60,000 nucleotides of DNA, from NCBI RefSeq assembly GCF_963921235.1, contig NC_086107.1, positions 96,536,001 to 96,596,000 on the forward strand, given 5' to 3'. The translations under genes and the position numbers were made by a program. Positions 36,054-49,805 of this stretch are shown here, piece after piece; position 1 is the stretch's first letter; each line of letters starts with the position of its first letter. The DNA comes from Mobula hypostoma (taxonomy: Eukaryota). A model generated the notes under the pieces. It saw only the letters and a list, made by a program, of their open reading frames with translations, was not told the origin of the DNA and did no database searches.

Positions 36054-36910
36054 ATCCCCCACTCTCCGCATTCCGCAGGGATCACTCCCTCAGTGATTCC
36101 CTTGTCCATTCGTCCCTCCCCACTATCTCCCTCCTGGCACATATCCCTGCAAGTGACAGAAATGCTACACCTGCCCATTTATCTCCTCCCTTCCCCCCAT
36201 TCAGGGCCCCAAACAGTCTTACCAGGTGAGGCAACACTTCACCAAATCTGCTGGGGTTGTCTATTGTATCTAGAGTTCCTGATGCATCTTCCTCTACATT
36301 GGTGGGATCCAATGTAGACTGGGGGGGGGGGGGCCGCTTTGTTGAACACCTTCACTCTATCTGCCTAAAGCAGAATTTCTCATTGGCCAATTTCCTATCT
36401 CCATTCCCATTCCGACATATCAATCTATGGCCTGCTCTTCTGCCACAATGTGGTCACTTTCAGGGTGGAAGAGCAACACCTTATGTCTGGGTAGCCTCCA
36501 ACCTGATAGCATGAACATCGATTACTTCTTCAGGGTTTCTTTTTTCCCCTCCCCCTTACCTTCTTCTATTCCCCACTCTGGGCTCTTACCTTTTCTCCTC
36601 ACCTGTCTATCACCTCTCCTCCTTCCCATTCTCCCATGGTCCACTCTCCTGTCCTATCAGTTTCCTTCTTCTCCAGCCCTTTGTCTTTCCCACCCACCAG
36701 TTTTCACATTATCACCTTCTAGCCAGTCCTTCTTCCCCACCCTCATGTTTCTATTGTGACACCTTCCCCTTCCTTTCTAGTTCTGAAGAAGGGTATCGGC
36801 CCGAGAAGTCCCATTTATTAATTTCCACAGATGCTGCCTGACCTACTGACTTTGTCGCCATTTTGTGTGTTGCTCTGGATTTCCGTCATCTGCAAAATCT
36901 TTTGTATTTA
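36054..36910 (+). mobile_element. Degenerate Penelope-like element 3' part (GIY-YIG + pLTR)
   Basis: PPLSAFRRDHSL.DSLVHS; LGSLQPDSMNIDY; pLTR with ctgaagaagggtatcggcccga. Confidence 0.85.
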
Positions 36911-37729
36911 TGACCATGAGATGTTCTGATATGAACAGCCAAACATGAGACAAATCTTAAAGGAATTACATCAAAACAGGATCAAACATATGTAGCTAAA
37001 TTATTTATCACCATAGTGACAAAGATCAAGGAAGATTGCAGACCACATGCATTTTGTCACTTAGCACATGAAACACACTCATGGGACATTTGCTCCTTCT
37101 GTCATGAATTGGGATGTTTAGGTATCCAGAGAATCAGCCTTCATAATGCTAATTTTGGGAGTCAGGGATTTCCACAGTCAGAAGATTTTAGACCATCTAT
37201 GTGAGATTACTTTGTCCCAGAGAAGGTGTCTGAATATTCAGGGACATCCTGTCAGTTACAATGTGCTCCCATTGTAAATGTGTAATTCAATGCAACCATT
37301 TGTTAGGTTCAAAATGCTGAATGAAACAATGCCAACACTGCTACTAATTTGTATTCAATCACCTGATGTTATCTTTCTTCTTAAGAGTATAAAAATGCAA
37401 GGTACTTTGTGTTCAGAGAGATCTACCTTGTTTCTCCCAGGAGACAGTTTTCCTCCAGGTCTCCTCCAGAATGCCTGCTTGTCATTGTTGAAGAAAAACC
37501 TTTTACATCTATCAGCTTCAGGCTCCAGTGGCTTATTCAGTGTCACAGCACCCTCATCCTCTCTGCAACTTCTTTCTTTCCCAATTTTCACTAAAGGTCA
37601 AGCTCAAAATGCTATTGCTACTTTACTTCCCACTAATGTTGTCGGGCCTGCTGAGGGTTTCCAGAATTTTAGATTTTAGTTTCAGATTTTCCAATTCTCT
37701 AGTTTGCTTTGTGAACATTATTGGCTATT

Positions 37730-38395
37730 TTATTTAGAGATACAGCACAGTAGTAGGTCCTTCTGGCCCAAAGAACCTGCGCTGCCTAATTACACCCATG
37801 TGCCCAATTAACTTACTAACAAATATGACTTTGGAATGTAGGACGAATAACACTTTAAGACATTGCTCAGCCCGCACTTGAGTATTGGGTGCAGTTTTGG
37901 GCCCTTTCTCTAAGAAAGGATGTGCTGGCATTGGAGAGGTTCACAAGAATGATCCTGAGAATGAAAGGGTTAATGTATGAGGGGCATTTGACGGCTCTGG
38001 GCCTGTACTCATGAGGGGGTTCTCAATGAAACCTATTCAATATTGAAAAGCCCAGACAGAGTGGATATGTTGAGGGTGTTTCTTATAGTGGGGGCAAGAG
38101 TCAAGGACCAGAGGGTACAACCTCAGAATACAAGGATATCCCTTCAGAACAGAAATGAGGAAGAATTTGTTTAGCCAGAGGGTGGTGAATCTATGGAATT
38201 TACTGCTACAAGTGGCTGTGGAGACCAAGTCACTGGGTAGATTTAAAACAGAGGTTGACAGGTTCTTAATTAGTGAGGGTGTCAAGGTGATGGGGACAAG
38301 GCAGGTGAATGGGGTTAAGAAGGAAAATAAAATCCACCATGATCAAATGGTGGAACAGGCCTGAATGTCCAAATGCCTAATCCTGCTCTGTTTCT
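37730..38395. mobile_element. HE1-like SINE 3' part (-) followed by a CR1 3' end (+)
   Basis: MRKNLFSQRVVNLWNLL; SINE tail at 37730-37845. Confidence 0.75.
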
Positions 38396-38641
38396 AGAGT
38401 TTGTGGAAACCACATGAAACATCATTCAGCATTTGCCAGATTATACTCTACATAACAATTATCTAGTTAGGTTATCAACATATTTAATTGGTGATTTAAT
38501 TTAACATGATTGAAGTTGAGGAATTAATACATTATTTCAGCTTCTATAGTGAGTTAAATTTGAATACTGGAAAAACATTTTACCATAGGAACTACTACCA
38601 TTGCCTATTTACCATTTATGCCACAATTACAACAAGTTATA

Positions 38642-40213
38642 CAGTGCATTGAAAATGTATTCAGCCCCACAACTATTTGCACATTTTACTGTTTCATTTT
38701 CTAAATTTGAAACATATTGAAGTAATATTTTTGAACTAATCTACAAAACATTGTGCATCATACAAAATCAAAAGAAAAATTCTAAAACGTGTCAACAATT
38801 TACTAAAAATTAAAATCCAAAATTGTGAGACTGAAGAAATATTCATCCCCTTTGCAAATACGCTAACTTTCCTCAGGTGCAATATATACTGCATTACCTT
38901 ACCAACTCACCCCATTTGTTGATGTAGAAAATTGGAAGATCACCTGTTTTCAATGAATTTATAAGAATAAGTATCCCCTCTCTCTAAGGTCCAACAGTAT
39001 GGTAGATTTTCAACAGACCAAACCAAAATGAATACAAAAGAGCATTCAAGTCAGGGAAATGATAACAGTGAAGCCCAAATCTGGGGAAGGGTGCAAGACC
39101 ATCTTAAAGGCACTGAACAACCTTGCAGTTCAGAGCAGTCCATTGTGAAAAAGTGGAAAAAATATGTACTCACAGCCACACTGAATAGTTCAGGGCGCAC
39201 CCCCACCCCCCCAAAACTTAGAGAAGAATTGCACTTATAGGAGAGGCTACGCCCACAGTCACTCAGAGAGCTGCAGAAGTCAGAGGTTGCCACTGAAAAT
39301 GAAGTTCATAGTTCCACAATCTCTATGGCCTTGCACATAAAGGATATTTATGAAGAGTGGCGAGGAAGAAGCCCTGGCTAAATAAAAAGCATATCCTTGC
39401 CCGTAAAGATTTTGCAACGTGTCACTTTGAAGATACTGTAAAGATGTGGAAGAACGTCTTGTGATTAGATGTAACTAAAGTAGAACTTCTTGGCCTCAAC
39501 ACTAAGTGGTACATGTGGTGTAAATCTAATACTGCAGATTAGCCAGGTAACACCACCCCTATCATAAAGTATAGTGGAGGTAGTATCATGCTATGGGGAT
39601 GCTTTTCAATAGCAGAGACTGGAAATCTAGTCAGGATTGATAGGAAGATGAATGCTGCTAAATACAGAGATCCAGGATAAAAACCTGCTAGCCTCTGCCA
39701 GAAAGCTTAAACTGGGGAGCAAGTTTATCTTTCAGCAGGACAATGACCCAAAGCACATTACCAGAGTAACCATGTAATGGCTTCAAATGAAGAAAATCAA
39801 TATCCTTGAGAAGCCCAGTCAGAGTCCTGCCTTCCCACCCCAAATGAACATCTCTGGCAAGATTGCTGTTCACTGCCACTTCCCAAATAACCAAATTGCT
39901 TGAGCAATTTTGCAAAGAGTAATGCGTAAATCTTGCTCCATCACGTTGAGCAAAGCTAAAAGAGACTTATCCAAAAAGACTGGCTGTAATAGCTGTGAGA
40001 GGCGCTTCGCCTGAGTACTGAGCAAAAGGGGGATGAATTTTTGAACTGCTGACATTTCATGCTTTACAATTTTCCCTGCTTTTTGGGGCTTTACTGTGAA
40101 AAAGGAGCTTGTGATTTACAAATAAAGATTCTCAGTCAAATTGATCACAATGTAATACTCAATTATGTGAACAAGGGGTTGCGGGGGGGGGGTCTGAATA
40201 CTTTTACACACGG
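38642..40213 (+). mobile_element. Tc1 transposon (IR/DR type), transposase pseudogenised
   Basis: TA-flanked cagtgc..gtattcagcccc / gggtctgaatac TIRs, inner repeats near 38840 and 40030; MNTKEHS, GSIMLWGCFS and FQQDNDPKH motifs with stops and frameshifts. Confidence 0.88.
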
Positions 40214-40215
40214 TA

Positions 40216-40745
40216 TACCTAGTGGCCGCTTTATCAGCTACACTTGCTTGTCAATGCAAACACCTAATCAGCCAATCATGTGGTAGCAACTCAATGCATA
40301 AAAGCATGCAGACATGGACAAGAGGTTCAATTGCTGTTTAGGCCAAACATCAGAATGGGGAAGGTACAGAAAGCCCCACTCAGTAATTCAGGAACAATTT
40401 CCTTCTCTCAGATACCAGATTTCTGAATGGCCTGAAACGTCAACTGTACTCTTTTCCATAGATGTTTCCTAGCCTGCTGAGTTCCTCCAGCATTTCTGAA
40501 TGGCTTGAAAGGTCAACTGTACTCTTTTCCATAGATGCATCTTGGCCTGCTGAGTTCCTTCAGCATTTTGTGTGTGTTGCTTGGATTTCTAGCATCTGCA
40601 GATTTTCTCTTTTTTGTGATTGTCTTACCTGTTTATTCCTTCTGTTTTGGTATTTCATATTTTTGCACTGTACAGCTGCCACATGCAAAGTAACAAATTT
40701 CATGACCTATGAGCCAGTGATGACAAATCAATTTCTGATAACCTT
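40216..40745 (+). mobile_element. Tc1 MITE fragment + Rex 3' end + tandem PLE pLTR pieces
   Basis: Homology to 44840-45357, to the Rex tails and to the pLTR. Confidence 0.65.
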
Positions 40746-40809
40746 TCCAGTAAATCTGATTAGTATAAGCAAACTTATAAGTATAGACCCAGCTTTACAA
40801 ATGTAGACA

Positions 40810-41630
40810 CAATAGATTATCAGATGTGTGAGATATGCACATATGGGCTGAGAAATGGCAGATGGAGTTTAATTTGGACAAATGTGAGGTCCTGAACTTT
40901 GGGAAATGAAATGCAAGGGGACAGGACACTGTTAATGGCAGGACTGTTAACAGGATGAAGGATAGAAGAATTTTGGGATCCAAATCCCTATCTCCCTGAA
41001 AATAACCACACAAGCAGATGGAGTGTTTTTGTTTTTAATCTATTTTGATTGAGGCACTGAGTTCATGAGTCAGGACATTATGTTACTCCGGTTAGGCTGC
41101 ATCTAGAGTATTGCAATTGATTCTGGTCACCCCATTATAGAAATGATGTGGAGGCTTTGGAGAGGGATACCAGGATGCTGCCTGAATTAGAGGGTGTATG
41201 CTATAAGGTAAAGTTGGATAATCTGGGGTTGTTTTCTCTGAAGTGGTGATGGCTAATGGGATACCTAGAGGTAGTGCATAAAATGATGAATGGCATAGAG
41301 TAAATAGCCAAGATCTTTCCCCCAGGGTTGACATGTCTAATAGTAAAAGGCATTCATTTTTAGTGAGAGGGAGCAAGTTCAAACGAGATGTGCAGAGCAG
41401 GTCTCTTTTTAAACAAAGAATAGTAGGTGCCTGGAATATGCTGCCATGGGTGGTGGTGGAGGCAGATACAAAAGAGGCATTTAATAGGCTCTTAGATAGG
41501 TACAAGAAGATGCAGAGAATGCAGTGATATGGACTATGTGCAGGCAGACGAGATTAGCTTAATTAGGTGTCATTAGATTAATTTGGCACATTAATTAATT
41601 CAGGGCCTGTTCCTATGCTGTATTCTTGTA
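40810..41630 (+). mobile_element. CR1 LINE 3' fragment
   Basis: WAEKWQMEFN.DKCEV; FKQRIVGAWNMLP. Confidence 0.8.
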
Positions 41631-41799
41631 TCCATACAAGATCCCTCACAGTGAAGAGTCAGTCAACTTGTATAAAAGGTAATACACATTAATTAGATCT
41701 GAGAAGTTGTGATTTTTAAAATTAGTAAATACAACTAACCTCACACTCACAGATTAATTTTTTTCATTACTGGTAATTACAATTCATTAATAACTGATC

Positions 41800-42465
41800 A
41801 TAAATGAGTGAGCAATTTCAAGTTGGTGACTGCAAATATCTCTGAGGATCTAACTTGGTCCCAACATATCGATGCAGCTATAAAGAAGGCAAGACAGCAG
41901 CTATATTTCATAACACATTTGAGCAGATTTGGTTTGTCACCTAAAACACTCAAAAACTCTTCAGATGCACCATGGAGAGCATTCTGAGTGGTTGCATCAC
42001 AATCTGGTATGTGGAAAGGGACCACTGCACGAGATCAAGGTAAGTTACAGAAACCTGTAAAATTAGTCAGCTCCATCATGGGTACTAACCTCTGTGGTAT
42101 CCAAAACATCTTCAAGGAGCGATGCCTCAAGAAGGTGGGGTCCATCATAAGGACCCCCACCACTCAGAACATGCCCTCTTCTCACTGTTATCATCAGGAA
42201 GGAGGTACAGAAGCCTGAAGACACACACTCAGTGATTCAGGAACAGCTTCTTCCCCTCTGCCATCCGATTTCTAAATGGGCAGTGAACCCACTATTTGTT
42301 TTTATTTCTGTTTTCGCACTACTTATTTTAACTTAACTATTTCATATATGTATATACAACTATTGTAATTTAGTTTTTTTTCAGTATCATGTATTGCATT
42401 GTACTGCTGCTGCAATGTTAACAAATTTCACAACATATGCCAGCGATTCTAAACCTGATTCTGAT
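41800..42465 (+). mobile_element. Rex1/Babar LINE 3' fragment
   Basis: ISEDLTWSQHIDAAIKKARQQLYF; tail aaacctgattctgatt. Confidence 0.85.
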
Positions 42466-42699
42466 TAAACGTGAGAAATCGCCCAGGAAGCTGAAATATA
42501 TTATTTGCCAATTCTGCTTCTAACTGATGTAATACGATTGCACAATGACACACGAGGTAAACCAGACATTTATAATTAACACATATGCACATATTCATAG
42601 TTTAATATTTGATAAGGGAGAATATAAAGCTTTTACTGACATGATGTCATTGATAATTATTAAATGGAATAGAGATAATTTATCACCAAACTAAATATG

Positions 42700-43370
42700 G
42701 CTTCCTCACGGCTGTAGACGAGGCCATGGACAGACATGTCAAAATGGGAATGGAAAGTCAAATTGAAATGGGTGGTCACCAGGAGATCCTGCCTTTTGCT
42801 GGCAGATGGAGCAAAGATGCTCATGAAGTGGTTCCCAATCTACGTTGAGTTTCACAGACGTAGAGGCTGCACCGAGAGCATCACATACAACAGATGACCC
42901 CAACAGACTCCCAAGTGAAGTGTTGCCTCACCTGGAAGGACTATTTGAGGTCCTGAATGGTGATGAGGGAGGAGGTTTTGGGGCACTTGACATTCTTGCA
43001 GGGATCAGTGCCAGGAAGGAGATAAGTGAGGTGGATGAGTGGACAAGGGAATCAGAGAGAGCCATACCTCCACAAAGCAGAGAGTGCTTAGTGGTAGAAT
43101 CCTGTTGTAGATGGCTGACATTATGGAAAATGATGCTGTGGGGTGGTAGGCAAGAATAAGGGGAACTTTATCCCTGTTATTGCTGTAGGACAATGGGGTG
43201 TGGGCAGATGTGTGGGAAATGGTGAGGAAATACATGAGAGCAGCTTTGAAGGTGGTGGAAGGGAAATCCCGTTCTTTGAAAAAGGAGGACAACTCAGATG
43301 TTCCAGAATAGAAAATCTCATCCTGTGATCAGCTGACACAGAGACAGAGGAACTGAGAAAATTGAATAGC
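42700..43370 (-). mobile_element. Old Penelope-like fragment
   Basis: MSSFFKERDFPST...NRDKVPLILAYHP plus GIY-YIG-like sequence homologous to 24525-24805. Confidence 0.75.
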
Positions 43371-43424
43371 AATATTGGACTCACTCCCATGCGTTACAAG
43401 ACACAAAATTCATTGTTCAATGTA

Positions 43425-43872
43425 CATTGTTGGTTTCAGAACACCAACAAGTTCCAAGCAAACTTCAGCAACAAACTCTTTTGAAATTGATATGAAACAA
43501 GACTTCATCTAATTGGAATGCAGCCAAGAAAGTGAAGGGAACGTCAGCTTGAGAATATTCCACAGATAATGATTATAAATTTTAAGATTGTTGTGAGACA
43601 GAGAAAAATGGACAAGAAACTAGGGCTCAAAATGGCAGAAGCTAATTTCAGTGATGATAAGACAGGAGCTGGCGGAAGTGAATGAAGAGTAGTTAATTTC
43701 AGAGAGGGTTTACAATGAGGATGAAAAGTCCCAGAACCCCAATTAGGTGAAGTGATGCCCCTTATCTCAAATTTCAAAATTGTTCTGGATCAAATCTTGT
43801 TTCATATCAACTGGAAAAGAGTTTGTTGCTAAAATTTGCTTAGAACTTGTTGGGGTTCTGGGACCAACAAGT
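43425..43872. repeat. Two inverted copies of an unclassified ~140-bp palindromic element
   Basis: 43437-43509 vs 43788-43860 are reverse complements (about 9 mismatches in 73); internal 15-bp IR and terminal hairpin. Confidence 0.8.
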
Positions 43873-43899
43873 CCAAAGAACCAAGGGTATCAAGGGCTG

Positions 43900-46360
43900 G
43901 ATAAGGTAAATGAAAAGAAAGCATGAGGCATGTGCAAAGAACAGAAAACAAGGGAAGCCTATGGGATATAGAAAGTGCCGGAGCAACGAAGGAAGTGAAG
44001 TGGAGCATGAAATAGCACTGATAGAGAAGGCTATGGAAAGTCCCAAGATATTTCATGCACCTTCAGACCAAGAAAGTAACCATGGAAAAAGTAGGGCCTA
44101 TTCGGGATCAGAGGGACTACTTGTGCACGGAGCTAGAGGCTGCACACATCGTCTAAGTAGACACTACTCGTCTTTATTCACCGTGAAGGAAAATTTAGAG
44201 GGCCAGAGGTTGAATGGGGATGTTGAAATTCTAGACATGTTATTACTCAGAAGGAGGATGCATTATCTGTCACACCAGGGTTAAAGGGAAATTAATCCTC
44301 AGGTGCTGATGAAATGCGTTGCAGGATGCCATGGGAGGCACAGCTGGAGATTGTTGGGACTCTTGATGAAAATTATCATATCTTCTCTGGCCTCAGAAGA
44401 TGTGTTATATGACTGAAGTACAACTAAACTGTGACTGAATCTTTATTTGAGAAGGAAAACAGGGATGAGCCAGATAATTATAGGTTGAGTGGGGGGAGGG
44501 GGTCATCTAACAACACTGGCAAGTGCATTACTAATCAGGATTAATCTGCATTTGGAAGCAGGGATTAATCAAATAGACAGCTTGGCTTTAGTTGTGGGAG
44601 ATCCTGTCAGACCAAAGTGACTTAATTTTTGAGGAGGTGGCTAAATAAATTGATAATCGCAGTGCAGTTATTGTAGTCCACATAGATTTCAATTTGAAGA
44701 CCTAAGGATACTGGCTTGAATAGCAGGAGCCCAAAGGATCCAGGGTAACAGTGCAAATTGAATCCAAAGTTCACTTGGTGATAAGAAGCAGAGTGTGATG
44801 GTCAAGGGTTATTTTTGTTATGGAAAATAGTTGCTTATACATTCGGTGGTCACTTTATTAGGTACACTGCTACGCCTGCTAGTTAATGCACAAATCTAAT
44901 CAGCAAATCATGCAGAAGCAACTTAATAAATAAAAGTATGCAGACATGGTGAAGAGGTTCAACTGTTGTTCACATTAAACATCAGAATGGGGAAGAAATG
45001 TGACCTCAGTGATTTTGACTGTGGAATGACTGTTGGTGCCAGATGCAGTGGTTTGAGTATCTCAGAAACTACTGACTCCTGGGATTTTCACCACAACAGT
45101 CTCGAGTTTACAGAGAATAATGCAAAAAACAAAAGACAGTGGCAGTCTTGTGGACACAATCACTTTGTTAATGAGAGGTGAGGGGAGAATGGCCAGACTG
45201 GTTCAAGCTAAGAGGAAGATGACAGCAACTCAAATAAAAATGCATTACAACAGTGATGTGCAGATCATCTCTGAATGCACAAAACATTGAACCTTGAAAT
45301 GGATGGGCTACAGCAGCAGAAGACCATACCCAAACCTAATAAAATAGCCACTGAGTGCATAGCTCAATCACCTGATGTGAATATAGGAGGCATGAATAGT
45401 AAACTGGAGACCCAAGAGACTACATATGTGTCTCCAATACAGACCTGCTGGATGAACTCGGGGGTCCAGCACCATCTATGGGAGGGAAGGGACTGTCGAC
45501 ATCAGGTTGATACCTTGCTTCAGGACTCTGATTAGTAACTGTGTAGTAATGGTGAACATAAAAATTGCTGATGTTGATAGTAAAGAGTTTGACTACAAAA
45601 TATTAATGAGCTGGTGAGATGGACAAAGTAATGACAAATAGAATTTAATTCTGACAAAATGAGAGGTGATGTACTTTTAGAGAAGTAATTAGACTAGGAT
45701 ATACACCACAAATGGTAGGATCCAAGAAAGTCTTGACTACCAGAGGCACCTAGTGTACATGCCCAAGGATCCCCAAATGCAACAGCGGTTAAAATAGTTA
45801 AAGATGGCAAACAAGATACAAACTGAGGGACAGAGCACAAGAGAATAAAACATTAAGGAGGCCATGCTGGAGTAATCTGATGGCCACACAATAAAAAGGG
45901 TGCAGATGAGACTCACCAGGATACTGTTTGGAATGGAGTATTTTTGGGCTATGGAGAAAGACTTGATAAACTACATTTGTAGTTTATTCTCTTTGGAACA
46001 GAAAACCTGAGGGGGTGACGTGCTTTAGGCGTACAAAATTACATGGCGTACACAGGGCAGATATTGAGAAATATCTCTTTATGACAGAGGAGTCCTTAGG
46101 TTTCAGGTACAAGGTTAGGAAATTTAGAGAAGGATTGTGCAGAACGATTTTTTTAAACCAAAGAGCAGTTTAAATTTGGAACACAGTATCTGAGAGGATG
46201 GCGAGAGCAGGTAGTCTCACAACATGCAATAAATATTTGTTAAGCATTTGAAATGTCATGGCACAGAAGCTAGGGTCTGAGATCCGGAAATTGGGAATGA
46301 TACAGGTAGGAACTTGATGAACACAGTGGGCTGAAGGGTCTGTTTCTGTACTGTATGCAT
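43900..46360 (+). mobile_element. Old CR1 LINE split by a Tc1 MITE and a pLTR piece
   Basis: Degenerate RT motifs and CR1 tail gggctgaagggtctgtttctgtactgtat. Confidence 0.7.
44840..45357 (+). mobile_element. Non-autonomous Tc1 element
   Basis: TIRs cattcggtggtcactttattagg / cctaataaaatagccactgagtg; MGKKCDLSDFDCGMTVGAR..GLSISET transposase N-terminus. Confidence 0.85.
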
Positions 46361-47043
46361 TCAACTCTGCTTTGCTTATTTGGCTCTCCACAATTTGGAG
46401 AACAACTTCTTGCACAACCTTTTCCTTTCTTCCCAGTTCCTAATTGCTTCACTTCCAACACTGACAGAGTAGAGTGATGGCATCAAAGATAGCATTCAAG
46501 TTCCATCTCTAAAGAGTTGAATACAAATTCAAGAATGGCAAGCCTATAGAATACAGACAGCTATCCACCTGGAGGATATCTTTTAGAGGTATCATTAAAC
46601 TGAAAACTGCCTGATGCTATTCAAACAAAGGATGTGCCATTGGTATCCTGGCTATAACAAAATTGCCTGGTAATTTTATTTCACTGGTTTAAATCGGCAA
46701 GCTGCACTTCCTACTTATAGCACCTTTCATTGATTGTAAAGCACTTTGAGACATTCTGACACTGTAAAAGCTGTTCTAGAAACATTAGAAAACCTTTAAT
46801 CATATGGCTGAGTGGGAAATGCATATCGCTGTGTGTAATCACTGAGTAATGTAACTCCATGCCTCTGAGGCTGATTAATTCACTATGACATTTTTACATT
46901 TTGAGGTTAAGCATAACATTCTTTTTTTTCAAGATCCAAAATGTCAAGTCTTTCCAAGTCAGTGATATGTCTTTTAACTAGAGGAACAGATTTCAAGATA
47001 CCTGCAGAAATTAGTACTGACTTTCCAAACTACAAACTATCTG

Positions 47044-47114
47044 GCCTGCTGCGTTCACCAGCAACTTTGATGTGTGTTGCTTGAATTTCCAGCATCTGCA
47101 GAATTCCTGTTGTT
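47044..47114 (+). mobile_element. Minimal PLE pLTR tail insertion
   Basis: Near-identical to the pLTR at 24101-24170; flanking aactatctg duplication (47035-47043 / 47115-47123). Confidence 0.8.
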
Positions 47115-48273
47115 AACTATCTGATCTTTCCGGGTCAGTGATTAGGCTTCACTCAAAAATGTTTTCAAAGTACTAGCATAAAGGTTACCAGTAGTATTTG
47201 AATTTATGCCTTAACATAAACAGAATTTGTTTATGTAAACTATCTGATTGAATGACATTGTGCAAGACTGCATTAAATCTTGTAAATAGATTACTGTCAG
47301 TAGGAGCATAAATCCTTAAGTATGCATTCCAGCAAAGTCAGAGAAAATGAAGTGCTCTCTGATCGGCAACATTTTTTCCATGAAAACACAAAACACTGCA
47401 ACAAACAAGAGTAGGCTAGCAAAATGTGTGTAATTATGAAACTTACTATATTAAGCCAAAATGACTCAATGAACTAGGAATGAAAATGCCAAAGTTGATT
47501 TGAAGTATAGTCACTATGCAACATAAAGAAAAACCGCACTAAACTTGCACACAGCAAACCCATATGATATTGATCATCTGATTCTTTTTTCACGGTGATG
47601 GCTTAGATATTGAGTAATAACTTACATAGAATATGAGACTCATAAACCATAGTTTCTTCTGCCCACATTTTTATCCTTTTGTATCTTAACCCACTCTTCC
47701 TTGTGAATACGTCTTTCAAACACAGTGACTGCATCCGATTCTACCACCTCCTCTTATCAGCCAGTGATTTTGCGCAAATCACCCTGTGCAAAAAACTTCC
47801 CCCAATGGACTTTTGTTTTGATACCCCTTCAGAACAGTGCCACCTGATCTTTTGACATTAATATGAGAGAACAATCAGGGCCTTAAGTTAATGGATCATC
47901 TGAACACTCATTCAGTAATACCACAAAACAACAAACCTAGATTTCTGTATCCAAGGCATTGCACAAATCTTTAATCCTACAGCTGCTCATGTGCCTATCT
48001 ACGTGGCTCTTTAACACTGCCTTTCTATCTGCTTACATAACTTCCCCGGCACCGCTTTCAACACACCTACCAATCTATGCAAGAAACCTCACATTGCAAA
48101 TCTCCTTTAAACTTCCCTCCCTAACCTTAAATCAGGGTGAGCTGCCTCAATGACTACTACCAAATAGACTCACATCTACTGTGATGAAATGCTTTGACAG
48201 GTATGTCATGGCTAGAATTAATTCCTGCCTGAACAAAGACTTAGATCTGTGCAATATGCCTACTGCCACAGGC

Positions 48274-48755
48274 AGCTGCGTAACAGAGGACTCTCTGATC
48301 TACGGGCTGTTCCCGGGGACACACACGGAGACCAACATCCGGTGCTGCTGGCAGATCATCAACTCGGTGAAAGACGCTCTTTGGTCGGCCCGAAACTTGA
48401 TGATCTACCAGCACATGGAGATGTCCGTGGGAGAATGCTGCCGACTGGCACATTCTCGGCTGCAGGAGTACGTGCTGAGGGACGCACTGAAACTCGGTGC
48501 AGCCACCGCAAGGGCCCGGTGGGGAAGGACCACGGTATAGGTTTCTCCACCCGTGGGAGTGGGAGGGGTCGGAGGGCGGGGAGTATACCCCTCAACAATG
48601 ATATGCTAAGCTGAACTACTGGAGTGCCACGTGGGTGGCTATAAATACGGATATGTACTGAGTATAATGGAAACGTATGTAAAGGATGAAAAGTTATTGA
48701 ATGATTTATTGTATATATTTATTTTTGAATAAAGTATATTTTGAAATAAAAAAAA
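48274..48755 (+). mobile_element. Tx1/L1-clade LINE 3' end (young)
   Basis: Open C-terminus WQIINSVKDALWSARN...LQEYVLRD...ARARW*, AATAAA and poly(A), flanking acaggc duplication, CpGs retained. Confidence 0.8.
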
Positions 48756-49652
48756 ACAGGCTCACAGTGGACACAATCTCACTGGCTCTCCACTCGGCCT
48801 TACACCAGCTAAACATACATTAGGCTGTTGATTATCCACTGTGGCATTCAACACCATCCTCCCCACAACATTAACCAATAAATATCACAATCTTGGCTTC
48901 TGTACCTCCCCCTGGATTCTTAACTTTCTCATCCAGATACCAGAGTCAGTGTGGATCGGGAATCATATTTACTTACTGACAATCAAGATTATGTGCTAAG
49001 TCCACTGCTCTACTCATGACTGTGGGACTAGGCACAGCTCAAATATCATCTATGAATTTGCTGATGACGCCACTGTTGTTGGCAGGAACTCAGATATCGA
49101 TGAGGTGGTGTACAGGAGTGACATAGATTGGTTGGTTGAGTTGTGTTGCAAGACCAAGGAATTGATTATGGACTTCAGATAGGGGAAGTTGGAAGACACA
49201 TCTCAGTCCACATTGAGGAGTCAGCAGAGGAAATGTGAGTAACTCTAAGTTCCAGCTCATCAACATCTCAGAGGTCTATCCTGGGCCCAAAGTACTGATG
49301 CAATCATGAAAAAGGCATGCCAGTGGCTACACTTCATTATAGAAATTTAAGGAAATGTTGTATATAACCAAAGAGTCAAGCAAATGTCTACGAATGTACC
49401 TTGGAGAGCATTCTGACTGGTTGCATCACTGCCTGGTATGCAGGCTCCGATGCACAAGATCCAAAGGGGCTTTAGAGGATTATACACCCAGCCAGATCCA
49501 TCCTGGGCACAAGCCTCCCTCCTGCCCATCCCTATCAAGGGCATCTTCAAATGGCAGTGTCTCAAGAACGCAATGTCCATCATTAAGAACCCTCACCATC
49601 CGGGACATGGCCTCTTCTTATTACCACCATCAGGGAGGAAGGAGATATAGGA

Positions 49653-49805
49653 ACACTCACAACATGCTGGAGGAACTTAGCAGGTCAGGCAGCATCCGTG
49701 GAAACGTCGATTCATTGTTTCCACAGATGCTGCCTGACCTGCTGAGTTCCTCCAGCGTGTTGTGAGTGTTACTCTGACCCCAGCATCTGCAGAGTATTTT
49801 GTATT
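49653..49805. mobile_element. Fold-back PLE pLTR pair
   Basis: Inverted arms joined at gaaacgtcga; 14-bp TSD aaggag(a/g)tatagga. Confidence 0.78.
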
